A stretch of 64,000 bases of DNA from Botryllus schlosseri (taxonomy: Eukaryota), in NCBI GenBank assembly GCA_051294905.1, contig CM119379.1, positions 9,238,001 to 9,302,000 of the forward strand. The letters are read 5' to 3'. Below are positions 1 to 11,292 of the stretch, one piece after another. Below the pieces are notes generated by a model. That model did not search any database. It was given only the letters and a program-made list of their open reading frames with translations, and had not been told where the DNA came from. The number at the start of each line of letters is the position of its first letter. Position 1 is the stretch's first letter. The translations under genes and the position numbers were made by a program.

Positions 1-116
1 AGATGCAACCGACAGTTTGAGTTATCGAAATCCATATTCTGAATTAGAAAGGAATAAATAAATCTAATTACCGGCGGAAATCCCATAAATTGAGCTCTGG
101 ACATAAATTTACTCAC

Positions 117-3100
117 CAGGCAATCATGATTCCGTTATCTGTACAAAGGTGAGACGGGGGACATGCTAAGTCCAACGAAAGTTTTCCGCAGAGAGCAGTC
201 ACCTTATCGCGGAAGTAGGAATTGGAAGCGACGCCGCCCGACATTACCTGATTAAATAAGGTTCAATTTCTCGAATCACAAAATTGCGGAACGCAAAGGA
301 TGAGAATGGAATAAGGAGATAGACAAATCGTTGACACTTCCATATGAAACACATGGATTTGAAACTTATAGAATCGGAGATCTCTAGAAATTCCAAGTAA
401 TCGTTTGATATTGCGATCTTACGACTTCAGGGGACACCATATTCTTTTTATTTGCAATGCAATCAAGATTGCTGGCAACGATAACAATGCAGTGAGCTTT
501 CGTAGTTCTTGAGTACACTTGTCCCACAAGCTCCAGTAGTTTTAATTTTGCACCGCTTCCACTTATATTCTTGCGGCTGAACAGGTCATTTCTTATGCCT
601 CGACAAGTTGCTACTCAGTAGTGATAGCATATGTTCATCATTCGGGAGGATTTGTCCTCTTTTCTTCAAGAAAACCGAAATGTCCTCTGTTCCAATTCGT
701 CTTCTTTTATTACGTTGATTGTTAGGCGAGTACATAGAGGCTACCCAAAAAGGTCACACAGCACAAAAAGTACACGGAATGTAATCGATGCGAAGGTTGA
801 CTAGAAAAAGTCTACCCAACCTAAATGGGACGTGCCGGAAACCGGTTGTCAGGTGCCCACTCGGAAATATCCCCTTTTTTCTTCGGTCAACGAACGATTA
901 ATCACCAATTTGCTTAAAGACATCCAGTTTTAATGTATGTTAATGTTCATTGTCAAAAGTGTTCTCTTTCCCGAATCTCAGCATATGATAAACCCTACTA
1001 CTAGGTGCATGTTTCTCAACTGGGTAGCCAGCCTAAACCGCGTACTGCATTTAAGGGATACAGTTTCAAACTAGCACCTTCAACTGTCGCAAAGATGGAA
1101 TTCGCAAATTAGTATGTTTTGCAGACAAAGATCTATTGGACTAATACAGGGGTGGGCAACCTGCGGCCGTCAACACGTAATTAAATTAGCATGTGTTGGC
1201 GGCCGTCGACATGTAAATTGAAATTACGAATTCACTACCGACTGTTTGACAGATTTTAATTAATCTTGAAATTTTCTTGGCGCTCCGAACGATTCATTGC
1301 CACTTCATTTTTCGATTTTAATATAGTAGCGCCCTTTGCAATCTGAGCCGGAATCGTGTGCGCCCTACGAAAGAAAATGTTTCTGGTACATCTTGGTGAT
1401 TCCAATATATTTCTACTATACAGATAATCCTGATGTGCGGTCAAGAAATAACAGCATTCAACAAAGTGACTAATAACAATTGGCCCACCCGAAGATGCAT
1501 TATCATTTATAACTTGCCCTAAATTTGCGAAAGCACTCCCCCTATCAACTATACCCGTGAATCTGATCACATGGGCTGAGAAAGGATAAACATTTGATAG
1601 TAAATACAAATACGAGATACTGCTACTATTGATGACGGAATCCATTCGTGAATCGGAAAAATTTTCGCGCTTGGCGCAACCATGTCCATTGTCCAATCTC
1701 AATGCAACCATGTCCATTGTCCAATCTCAATAACTATTTGTAACATTACCATTCGCGATTTCGGTGCGTATAGTAGGCTGGTATGTAAAGTAGAATAGCT
1801 CCGAGTTCGCCGGGAATGGACACGGACAGTTTAACACAGGTACTCTGTGTCCAGTTAGTTCATTACGGCTATGCCCTCAAATGCGGCCGTAGGCTACATA
1901 GTATTCGAGATGCGGTCGTGATTTGCAAAAAGTTTGCACACATCTGGACTAATACTACGACTACCTGCTCATGTTTATTTCGTTTTCTATTTGTATTCGT
2001 AATAGGCCTACTTATGGCCTGCCTCGAAAAGCGCACAATGAGGTGTGTAGATTAACTGAAAAAACTATTCACGAGAAGAAACGCTAAGAAACAGTTCTCA
2101 TTGACACCACACTAAAAGACATGCTATAAAATGTCTAAGGATATTTCGATTCGAAACTGTGTGAGATTTTCGGATGGTTTGATATAAATTCAGAGGAAAA
2201 TCTCCCAATGGATTTTGAAATGGCAAATCATAACAGGCGCTGACCAGTGTGGTCCTGTCTGGAATAAGATCTTTATCCCGACAGAAAATGACAGCTCGCA
2301 ATATATGGCTCGCGATATGCATGATGGCTGTTCTTTGAAAACTGGCAGCGATATCGGCACAAAATCTTTTGTCTAAAAACAAGGTCTGTAGTTGTATGTC
2401 TAAGAAGATTAAAACTGGCATATGATTAATAAAAAACGCATCTAACACTCCACACTGTATCTATAAACTGCTGGCACAAGCCCAGTACACTTCTCTTATA
2501 TTGACAATGTCGCCAAAATCTGATAAGCTTACCACCTTGACGATAGTTAAAGTGAAAAAAAGTCATTGATCTCGGATACAGAACCGACAGATCTTTTGTG
2601 ATAATCGTTACACATCATCATGATAAAGGAGTTGCTATCAAACATATATGTAATTACCGATATCATCACTTGTGCGGTGCTTCTGAATCGTTCGCAAGAC
2701 TTGTGTTTGCAAGCCAGAAAAAGAGAAATTGCAGGATCGCGTGTATCCTCCTGTCGACAGCGGCAAGGTAAATTGAAATTTCGCCCTGCGACAGAACAAG
2801 TGACGATTTCATATAATATTTGAGTGGACAATGCAGTTTCATTATTCAATTTGAATTTGAATAGATACAGCAAATTTGCTGTTACTGAGCAGGACAATTG
2901 AATAGTATATTCATATTGAAATGAACCCGAATATTTTCGGCCGACACTCGTCAGGGTTAATCGTCAGCAACTAGTAGAGAATTGGAAAGAACATTGTATA
3001 TCAACAATCGTACAACAAAATATGTCGTCACCAGCATGAAATTTCGAATGAGAGAGCGTTCAATGTACTATTTTTAGGTGGTACACGAACTCCTTTTGTT

Positions 3101-6100
3101 AACAGAGTTTTGGTTGGTGTATTTTGATAAAAGTCCACTCCAAGGCACACAAATGGAATTGTGAACGGCCCCGCCCAACGATTCGAAGTCGGTCGTCTCG
3201 ATAATTATTCGCACAAATCGGATTATCTAACAGATGTTTGCCGATGGCAGAATTAATGGCCTTTGATCGATCAGCATCAATCTTAAGCGGATGAGTTAAG
3301 GGTGAGCTTTTCACTGAGCGTGATGCACGTGTTCTGATAAGCAGGACAGTAACGCTTTAATGTCACAATCGACACCATGCCACACGAAATTATTTTTCAC
3401 TAACATCATTCCCTGTTCGTGCCTTCGAATTCGGGTAGGCTACGCTCCTGTTTGGGTTTCGAAAAAAAAACTTTGAAAGCAAGATCACCCGATTAGTGCC
3501 ATTAGCACCGAAAATTTTGATTTTTTGAATGATAGCCTGGCAGTAAAGTATCTGAGAACGTTAAAATCATTTTCTATGACAACTACAGCGCTTCAGCCGT
3601 TACCAATGGAGATCTTGACAATGTTATGTCACAAATGGGGGTTCTTTGAAATTTTGGGCATCTAAATTATTCAACTAATATAAACAAGTAAACTACTAGA
3701 ATCCTATTGGATCACCAACGCTTTAACATAAATCCATGCATGCTACGACTAAACATAGGCTAGATATCTTGAAAATTTTATCAGTGATTTTAAATTGCTT
3801 TGCTACAGTATCAGTCACAATACGGACACTTGAACCACTAAGACCACTAAGTGTGATTGTGAAATTGTTCGTTATCCTTCATAAGAAAAGCGACTTTGCG
3901 TTTGTGATAGCCTCTATTATTCCGCCAATTGTTGCCTAATTCCATTGTCGGAACTTTACAAATTACGTATAAAAGTCTATGTAGCTTTCACACATAACTT
4001 GTTCAAAAGAAGTGGTGGGCTACTTTTAAACAGTTTCGCTCAACACTTGCACCATTGTGACGTATTCTCAAAGCAGGGATATCTAGAACTCTAGATATCC
4101 GTGTCCCAAAGTAGGCTATGAACTCAATTTCTAATTTGATGCTTTATATCTCTAATTTACGGACAAGCCTCTGTCTAACTTCTTGCATTTCGGAATTAAG
4201 ATATAAAATCCCAAGACATTTGGCAGACCGGCGGTTGACAACCACTGCTCCATACTACAAAAACGAATCTACTTGATTTTCAACCAGTCAAATGTATATC
4301 ACCACATACTTACTCATCCCCTACTTTTGCAAGAGTTTCAATAGCTTGACCACCACTAATATCGCAGAATCTTTTCTCTGAAAACAAACCTAGTTCCCGC
4401 GCAACTTTGTCGAAAACCGCTCCTGGCGGCTCATCCATCTTTTGACCCAAGATCTTATAACTTCCTAAAAAAAAAGGAATCGATAAAAATTGATAAAAGC
4501 AGAATTTCGTTATTTGCACTACTAGAGTGGGTTTTGTTTCTAGACCGCATCCTCTTCTATATCAATAGTTATCAAAGTCAAACTACTTTCCAGTTACTTT
4601 TCAAATTGTTTCAAGCGAAAAGTTATTTTCAGACAGAGCAGCGTCATCATGACTAATAAAATTGACCTGACCAAAAGGCAAAATAGTTTCAATATCAAAT
4701 ACAGTTTTGCAATTCGAAGTAGGTACTTATAGCAAGATCGGGATTATGTAACTTCCACACAGAGTATTGACCAGGGATATCTAGAGCTCTAGATATCCCT
4801 GGTATTGACAAATAAATGTCTGAAATATGTCCTAACAAGCTTCTTTTAAACTTACTCACAGAAGGTGTACTGACCATATTACCTGCTTTTGACATATCTA
4901 GGAAACAACTACCATTGGAGTAACGTTGCTGGACGTCACCATTTTGACAACATGGTACATTTGAAAAATATGCTGTAAGGAAATCGCTAACATTTTAGTC
5001 TGTGTGCATATTGATATCAGACTTTATTGCATCAATATATTGGGATATTGTACTCACAATTAATAAATAAATTATCTGAATTAGCGATTATTCGAATCTC
5101 GGTAGAGACTGTCAAGCATATTCCGATATGCAACATATCAAATGAAGATTTCTCCATAATCAGCTCAAAAATTTACACCAACCTAGTCCCTGGGCGAGGC
5201 ATAGTGTACAGTGGCCGCCGGAAGCAAGGAGTACAAGGAAGGGAAAGTCCAATTGTTGAAGAAGTCGAATAGTGATGGCGTGGGCCTCCATGTGATGAAC
5301 TGGGATAAATGGTATTCTGTAATTCAAAAGATAAAAAATATGTTATGACTGTAGAACAGAGGTGGGCAACCTCTTTGCTATTCACGGCCGCATTTTGATT
5401 ACTTATGTAGCCTACGACTGCATTCCAGTGCTTGAGCCATAATGAACTGACTGGGCACAAAATACCCATGTTAAACTGTCCACTAGTGTCCAGTGTCCAA
5501 CTGTCATGTCCATTTCTAGTGAAATCCGCACTTTCTCATATCGGGTTTTTATACACACCGAAATAGCGAGGGGCCATGTTGTGAATGGGGTAGGTTATGG
5601 TCGCGCATGGCACAAAATTTCTTTTAGCTTCACAAATGAATTTCGACATTAATATTAGTAGATTCAATATTACCATCAACTATTTATCCTTTATCAGCCC
5701 ATGTGATCAGATTCACTGGTGGAGTTGATGTAGAGAGTGTATTCGAAAATTTAGGGCTAGTTTCACATGATGATGCATCTTCTGGTGGACTGATTGTTAT
5801 TAGTCACTTTTTTCATGCTGTTATTTCGTGACCTCCCATCAGAATTGTTGGTGGGCTATAGTGGAAAATATTGGAATCGCCTAAACACCAGAAACAAATT
5901 TCTTTCGTGAGAAGCACACGATTCCAAGTTGGTATTTCTATATGGGGCGTATGATTTTCATCTGCCGTTCGCATCTGTACTGTGGGGCTCAGATTGCAAA
6001 GGGCGATACTATAGTAAAATCGAAAATGAAGTGTAGCACTGAATTGCGCAAAGCGCGAGGAAAATTTCAAGATGAATTAAAATATCTCGAAAATTCGGGG

Positions 6101-9100
6101 GTCAATTCGTAAATTCAATTTGCCTGTCGACGGCCGCCAACACAAACTAATTATATTACGTGTCACGGCCGCATTAATTTCCCTCTACAGCCGCAGGTTG
6201 CCCCCCCCCTGATTTAGAACAACCGATGTTTTATACTAGGCATGTTTCCATCGTTTCAGTACGATAGTTCCTTATAAAATTATCTACCTACAGAACTGAT
6301 GACTAGCATTAAATTGAATTAACCAGGCCCACACTGACAGTCAGTCTCAATCTCACTTCAAAATGCTTAACATGGTGGAACGTTCGATGAATCAAAATAA
6401 GGGATGTGCTATGTTGGTTGACAACATATTACTATCGTGAGTTTTCTACTGGAGTCCCACTGCTGACTACGTTGACCAATTCTGCATGTTTCACGCAGAT
6501 AGAGAATTGTGATTCACCCAATGATAAGTTTGCATCATTACATACTTATGTTTCTGGATAAGCTCCTTTGAATATTCCAAACCGGCTGCTAGAGCAAACG
6601 AGATGCCTGGGCGTGTGGCCGTTGCAAGAGCGGACAGATCCTGGAAGAAAGCAGTCAGCAATACATGAAACAGATCTCAACTTGATTCCATTCTATACAT
6701 GGACTGACTGATAGATAGCCTGTATTCAATTTTATTGGGATGCAAAAATTCCATTTACCACGCATCATGATAAGATGACACGATAGAGTTTATTTTAAGA
6801 TGACACAAATAATTTTTAACATAACGCCTCATTATGACACTTTAGCCTACTTTATCTAAATCCAACTCATTCCTGCTCGAAATTGAATGCTAAAGCCACC
6901 ATTAACAGCTGTGAAGATATTTCAATGAGTTACAGACGAAATGAGTGAAATAAATGCAAATATTGCAAAATACATCCAATTTGCGTGTGTCTTAATTTAT
7001 ATAGTCCTCGTTGGTTGATAACAACTTTTATGAAGTTCCTGTAACATAATACTGTCATATTTTGATTATCATGTCTCAAGTACAGGTATGACATCATGTA
7101 TGACCGTGGCTATTAGCCATTTAACTGAGAAATCAAATATGAACAAGCCATTGAATAAGCAAAACTCAAATTATCTCATTCCCAACAATGATAAAGTTAT
7201 TTACAGATTCAAATTGAACAATATGCCGTAAGCTGCGGTGAGCCCTGAGGCGATTTTTTCTACCGAAAAAATGGAAGATTTTTACCTAAAAAAATCAAAA
7301 TTTTGACGTTATTTTACCTTGAAAAACTTTATTTTGACCAAACTTTGACCTAACGTATGCAAATTAGGTGTTTTCCCACATAATGTGAGAATTGTACTAC
7401 CTATCGTCATTTCTGGTTGGAATTGTCTGTCCCTACAGAGTAGTTTAGCCTGAAAAAAACTTTTTTTACTCAAAAACTGACAATTTTTTACACAAAATAA
7501 CTTTATTTCAACGAAATCTGGCCCTATGAAGAGTTCCAGAAGTTACATCACGTATTATGGTAGAAATAATTAAAATTTGATGTAATACAACGAAAGGTAC
7601 TTTCCTACATTCTCGCGTATGTGCGGATGAAATTTTTGCAATAAAAAAAGTGTGGATGGTTCTGTCCTTACCAAGTAGCTCGCCAAGAATGGAGAAAGAA
7701 CATTCAACAGCAGCAGTTGTTGGCTGACAATACTGAAGTTGTGCATTAGGGTGGTTCAAAAATAACCTTTTTTCCTGAATCTTGCAGGTTACTTGATTAA
7801 ATCGTTAGGTTGCCTTAAAAAACGACGCACACCAAATTTGAATTCATTCCAACCAATATTCGCGGATTTCGTAGAGTTTGAAAATTTTGAATTTGCCTGA
7901 AAATGCAAAAAAAAATTTTTTCAAATTTTTCTGCCAACCCCATGAAATTGTTGCGCTGTCTTCGAAAACGATGCAAAACAAATTTGACTCAATTCGAAGC
8001 CGTAGAAGTGGAGTTATTTCAGTTTTTCTTTGATAATTCTGGGATTATCCTTGATTGGTGGATCATCTCAGAATTATCATCAAAAAACTTGAATAACTCC
8101 GCTTCTGCAGCTAGGAATTGAGTCAAATTTGTTTTCCATCGTTTTTGAAGACAGCGCAACAATTTCATAAGGTTGGAAAGAAAATTTGAAACATTTTTTT
8201 TTTGCATTTTTAGGCAAATTCAAAATTTTCAAACTCTACGAAATCCGCGAATATTGGTTGGAATGAATTCAAATTTGGTGTGCGTCGTTTTTTAAGGCAA
8301 CCTAACGATTTAATCAAGTAACCGGCAAGATTCAGAAAAAAAGGTTATTTTTGAACCACCCTATTGTGCATACACTGCTGGTGACACACCGTGTTGCTTC
8401 ATTCTGACAATGGTGTCTACATCACAATTTTTCATCATGCGCTTCTTCATATAAGAACCATGCAATGCCCACGCAGTCTTGCTTTAGTTAGGATATTGCG
8501 GTACATTGAGCAGACAATGGGCCATCTACAACGGTAGGCCTATAGATTAGGCTACAAGTTGTAAAATGTCAAATAATAAGTTCACCGACAATGCAAAATC
8601 TACGATACAAACTAAATGCAGGTTGCAAAAAAATTTTGACTTTGTAAACCATTTTGACATATTTTGACCTAACGCTACAATTTTAATCAAATTTTGAATT
8701 TTTTTTACATGACAATAAAAATCGCCCTAATGATCTCTAATTGATGGAATGACAAAAATCGTTCACCTGTGCGTAACATAGGCCTATGCTTGTTCTATCA
8801 GCTACTAAAATGAGCACATTGAGCAGTGAACATCAACAGTAAGCAAAAATAGTACTCTTATTACCAGAAATGCCTTGCACGCCAGTCGGAATGAGAGAAA
8901 ACTCACACCAATCATCCACACTCACCTTGAAGTTTATGCCAGCCTGTGACATTGCATTCGTGATAACAATCGGTAGATTCTTGCGATGCATTTGCTGAGC
9001 TTTCATGGGATTCACTCCACCAGCACTAAAGAATCATAATCTAGAATTGTAAATATATTTGAGAGATAGTGAAATAAGTGACACCATTCAGAGTTGTTAG

Positions 9101-11292
9101 CATGACATGACATGGCTCATGGACGAATCCTTTCTATGATTGGATGGTTCATCATCATCACCACTGGATAATACAATTGCTGCATCATGGGCCTGGCAAA
9201 TTATTTGGAAAGTGCAACTCCTACTACGATGGTAATGGGGCTGAGCACAATGATTTGAATACTAGAATTCTACTTAAGAGAGATGACTTTTTCAAGTTGA
9301 CGGTCAACTAACAACTTTTTACTTCTAGTTCTGGTTGCGCAGAGCAACTAGAAAGCCTGTGTTTTTGTATTGCGTGAATCTTGATACAGGTTTTCTCTTA
9401 CAAGTGTGATGTTCTTAGAGGCATTGCTAGCTCAGAATATACACTACTAACAGTGTCGTAGATAAAGTGTGGATTTCGGGGACGAAACCCCTCCCATTTT
9501 TGACTTGAAGCACAGTCTGTTAATTTGCAATTCATTCATTTGTATTATCAGCAACAAGGCCGGGCAAAGTTGCGTAGAGCTGAGTCATTTGATTCTGAAT
9601 TGAGTATTAGGGGTCTAGTCTAGTGTTAAAGTATCACTGATTATCAGGGTTGTAACCAAGTCATAAGGTCCCGAGTCACAAGTCAATTCTACTTTTATAG
9701 TATTGACTCGTGTAAAGTCGAGTCATTTTCACTTCACCAAGTCAAGTCCAAGTCAGGGTTCAAAGGTTCGAGTCTGAGTCCAAGTCATTATGTTCACTGT
9801 TCATTTTCGAGATCAATCCGATTTAACTTACTTTTTACAACTCTGTTTGGGTGATATTGAATGCCTCGTCTTACATAATATACTAACTTCCCCCACTTTA
9901 CATAGGAAGCTGAAACTGAGTCGTTGATAAACCAGTAGCCTACTTGTTGGACATTTGAGTTTCAAGAGTTAAGTCTCTTCATGATCTTTTTGTGTAATTA
10001 CTTTAGATTGGTATGTGCGGATGAAATTTTTGCAATAAAAAAAGTGTGGATGGTTCTCAAAAAGGTTGCAAAGCACTAATTTATACTATCACTAGAATCT
10101 ACCATTAGTCACCTTTTATGCAATTTCATTTGAGAAATATTACTCTCTCCTAGAACTCTACCGTCTTCATCCAGCACTGCCGCAGCAGAGTCATCAAACG
10201 TAGATTCAACACCCAGCACAAGTTTTCCGCGAGACAAGATAGAACAGTGCACCTAAAAAAATAGTATGAGGCCATGAGCGACTGGCGATCTTGAAAATTA
10301 CGACAATACAGTTATGTAATTTTTATTATGAGACCTTATAAGTAATTGGAGTGAGAGTATAGGAGAAAAACAAAATGGGAAAGCTCTATGAGTTGAAAAA
10401 TAGAAATGCAAGTAGCATTATTGTTATAGAGCAAGGTTGGCCACTGGCCATTAACTTTCATGACCTGGTCAATTGACAAACATAACTTGAACATGGCCAC
10501 ACCGTGCCAGTTGCATATACAAAGTAATGATTTTCATTATCCTATTGTTGGATAATTTCGCGTCGTCAGAAGGGGCCGTTGACACTGTCATTGGTGTGCC
10601 TTTGGAGTCGACTTCTATCAAAATACGCTGACCAAGGCTGTGTCAATAAAAGAAGTGCATGTACCATCTAAAATTAGTACATTGAACTCTCTCTTATTCG
10701 AAATTTCATGTTGGTGACGTCATATTTTGTGATACCGTACGATTATAGTTGATATACAATGTTCTTTCCAATTCTCTACTAGTTGCTAACAATTATCCCT
10801 GACGAGTGTTAGCCGAAAACATTCGGGTTCATTTCAATATGAATACACATTATTCAATTTTATATTGAAGTTTTGTACCTCCAAGAAGCTCGTCAATTAT
10901 TGAATAAGCATAAAATGGAATTTATTATCGCACAGCTACGCCTACCTATAGTTTGGACCACTAAAAATACTTAACCGGACTGAATATGTAACAGGACAGT
11001 GTGATGGGTAAAGATACATATAAACTACATTGATCTCAACTTATGCACATCTTAAATTGTTTGATGGGCTTAATTTATGAAGCGTGACAGGCTAAATTAA
11101 GTCTAGGGGCCGATGTTTGAAAGTAATATGGTGATCAATGAATTGCAGACAATTGGCTCTAGTATTGATATATAAATCTACCATGAGGATACTCAAATTC
11201 GGGAAGATCTGGTAAAATTAGAATTGTCCACTATGGTACCGGTATTGTATTCTCACCTGTCTTACAAAACGTAGCATTGTCATAATTTTCAT
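117..11292 (-). CDS. OSGEPL1: Mitochondrial tRNA N6-adenosine threonylcarbamoyltransferase (Qri7/TsaD/Kae1 family), 3'-partial
   Basis: Exons (minus): 11257-11292, 10113-10252, 8926-9025, 6546-6640, 5183-5316, 4314-4464, 2658-2785, 2245-2372, 117-247. All are GT-AG and phase-compatible. Translation shows LGVESTFDD, AQQMHRKN, PFIPVHHMEAH, LLASGGHC, FDKVAREL, NFSFSGL, SGGVASN and LCTDNGIMIAW. The N-terminus MKIMTMLRFVRQ resembles a mitochondrial presequence. The last exon(s) lie before position 1. Confidence 0.93.
1147..1731 (+). mobile_element. Truncated non-autonomous hAT (Charlie/Buster-like) element
   Basis: Starts with CAGGGGTGGGCAACC. The interior is clearly homologous to the reverse complement of 5480-6211 and shares the core AATCTGATCACRTGGGCTGA with 36148-36627. 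It ends in a 28-bp tandem duplication (1676-1731). Confidence 0.65.
2895..3400 (-). mobile_element. Penelope-like retroelement 3' fragment (GIY-YIG endonuclease C-terminus plus pseudo-LTR)
   Basis: ORF 3099-3314 gives SAIGKHLLDNPICANNY...GRGRSQFHLCALEWTFIKIHQPKLC*QKEFVY, typical of the GIY-YIG C-terminus of Penelope-like elements. It is followed by the repeat found again at about 10550, 39170, 45200, 45750, 45950, 49910 and 53650. Confidence 0.8.
2924..2958 (-). ncRNA. Minimal type I hammerhead ribozyme motif
   Basis: The minus strand reads AACC-CUGACGA-GUGUCGGCC-GAAA-AUAU-UC-GGGUU: intact catalytic core, 1-bp stem II, palindromic AAUAUU helix III. Confidence 0.7.
4074..4103. mobile_element. 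30-bp palindromic micro-MITE, copy 1
   Basis: CAGGGATATCTAGAACTCTAGATATCCGTG flanked by TCTCAAAG / TCCCAAAG (8-bp TSD, 7/8 match). Confidence 0.75.
4772..4801. mobile_element. 30-bp palindromic micro-MITE, copy 2
   Basis: The perfect palindrome CAGGGATATCTAGAGCTCTAGATATCCCTG is flanked by the exact 8-bp direct repeat GTATTGAC (4764-4771, 4802-4809). Confidence 0.85.
5357..6211. mobile_element. Non-autonomous hAT element
   Basis: Termini CAGAGGTGGGCAACC ... GGTTGCCCCCCCCCTG. Flanks CTGTAGAA / ATTTAGAA (6/8). Interior homologous to 1147-1731. Confidence 0.7.
7659..8460 (-). pseudogene. hAT transposase C-terminal remnant split by a MITE
   Basis: Removing 7747-8371 joins YMKKRMMKNCDVDTIVRMKQHGVSPAVYAQLQYCQPTTAAVECSFSILGELLGKDR in one frame. 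PTxAxVExSFS is the hAT dimerisation-domain motif. Confidence 0.7.
7747..8363. mobile_element. 617-bp foldback MITE (hAT-type)
   Basis: Near-perfect end-to-end inverted repeat starting TAGGGTGGTTCAAAAATAACC, with exact 8-bp TSD TTGTGCAT (7739-7746, 8364-8371). Related partial copies lie near 12085-12230, 36000-36075, 37060-37590 and 47670-47940. Confidence 0.9.
10550..10891 (+). mobile_element. Penelope-like 3' fragment with hammerhead motif (10795-10829)
   Basis: Degenerate homologue of 2895-3400 (…LESTSIKIR*PRLCQ*KKCMYHLKLVH*) followed by AUCC-CUGACGA-GUGUUAGCC-GAAA-ACAU-UC-GGGUU. Confidence 0.75.

Noticed and set aside
1256-1717. 153-aa ORF as a host gene nested in OSGEPL1
   Set aside because: It lies within a repeat whose other copies (5357-6211, 36148-36627) have stops in the same frame.
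7903-8207. Two similar ORFs on opposite strands (toxin-antitoxin-like or paralogous pair)
   Set aside because: Artefact of the foldback MITE; 23784-24050 has the same cause.
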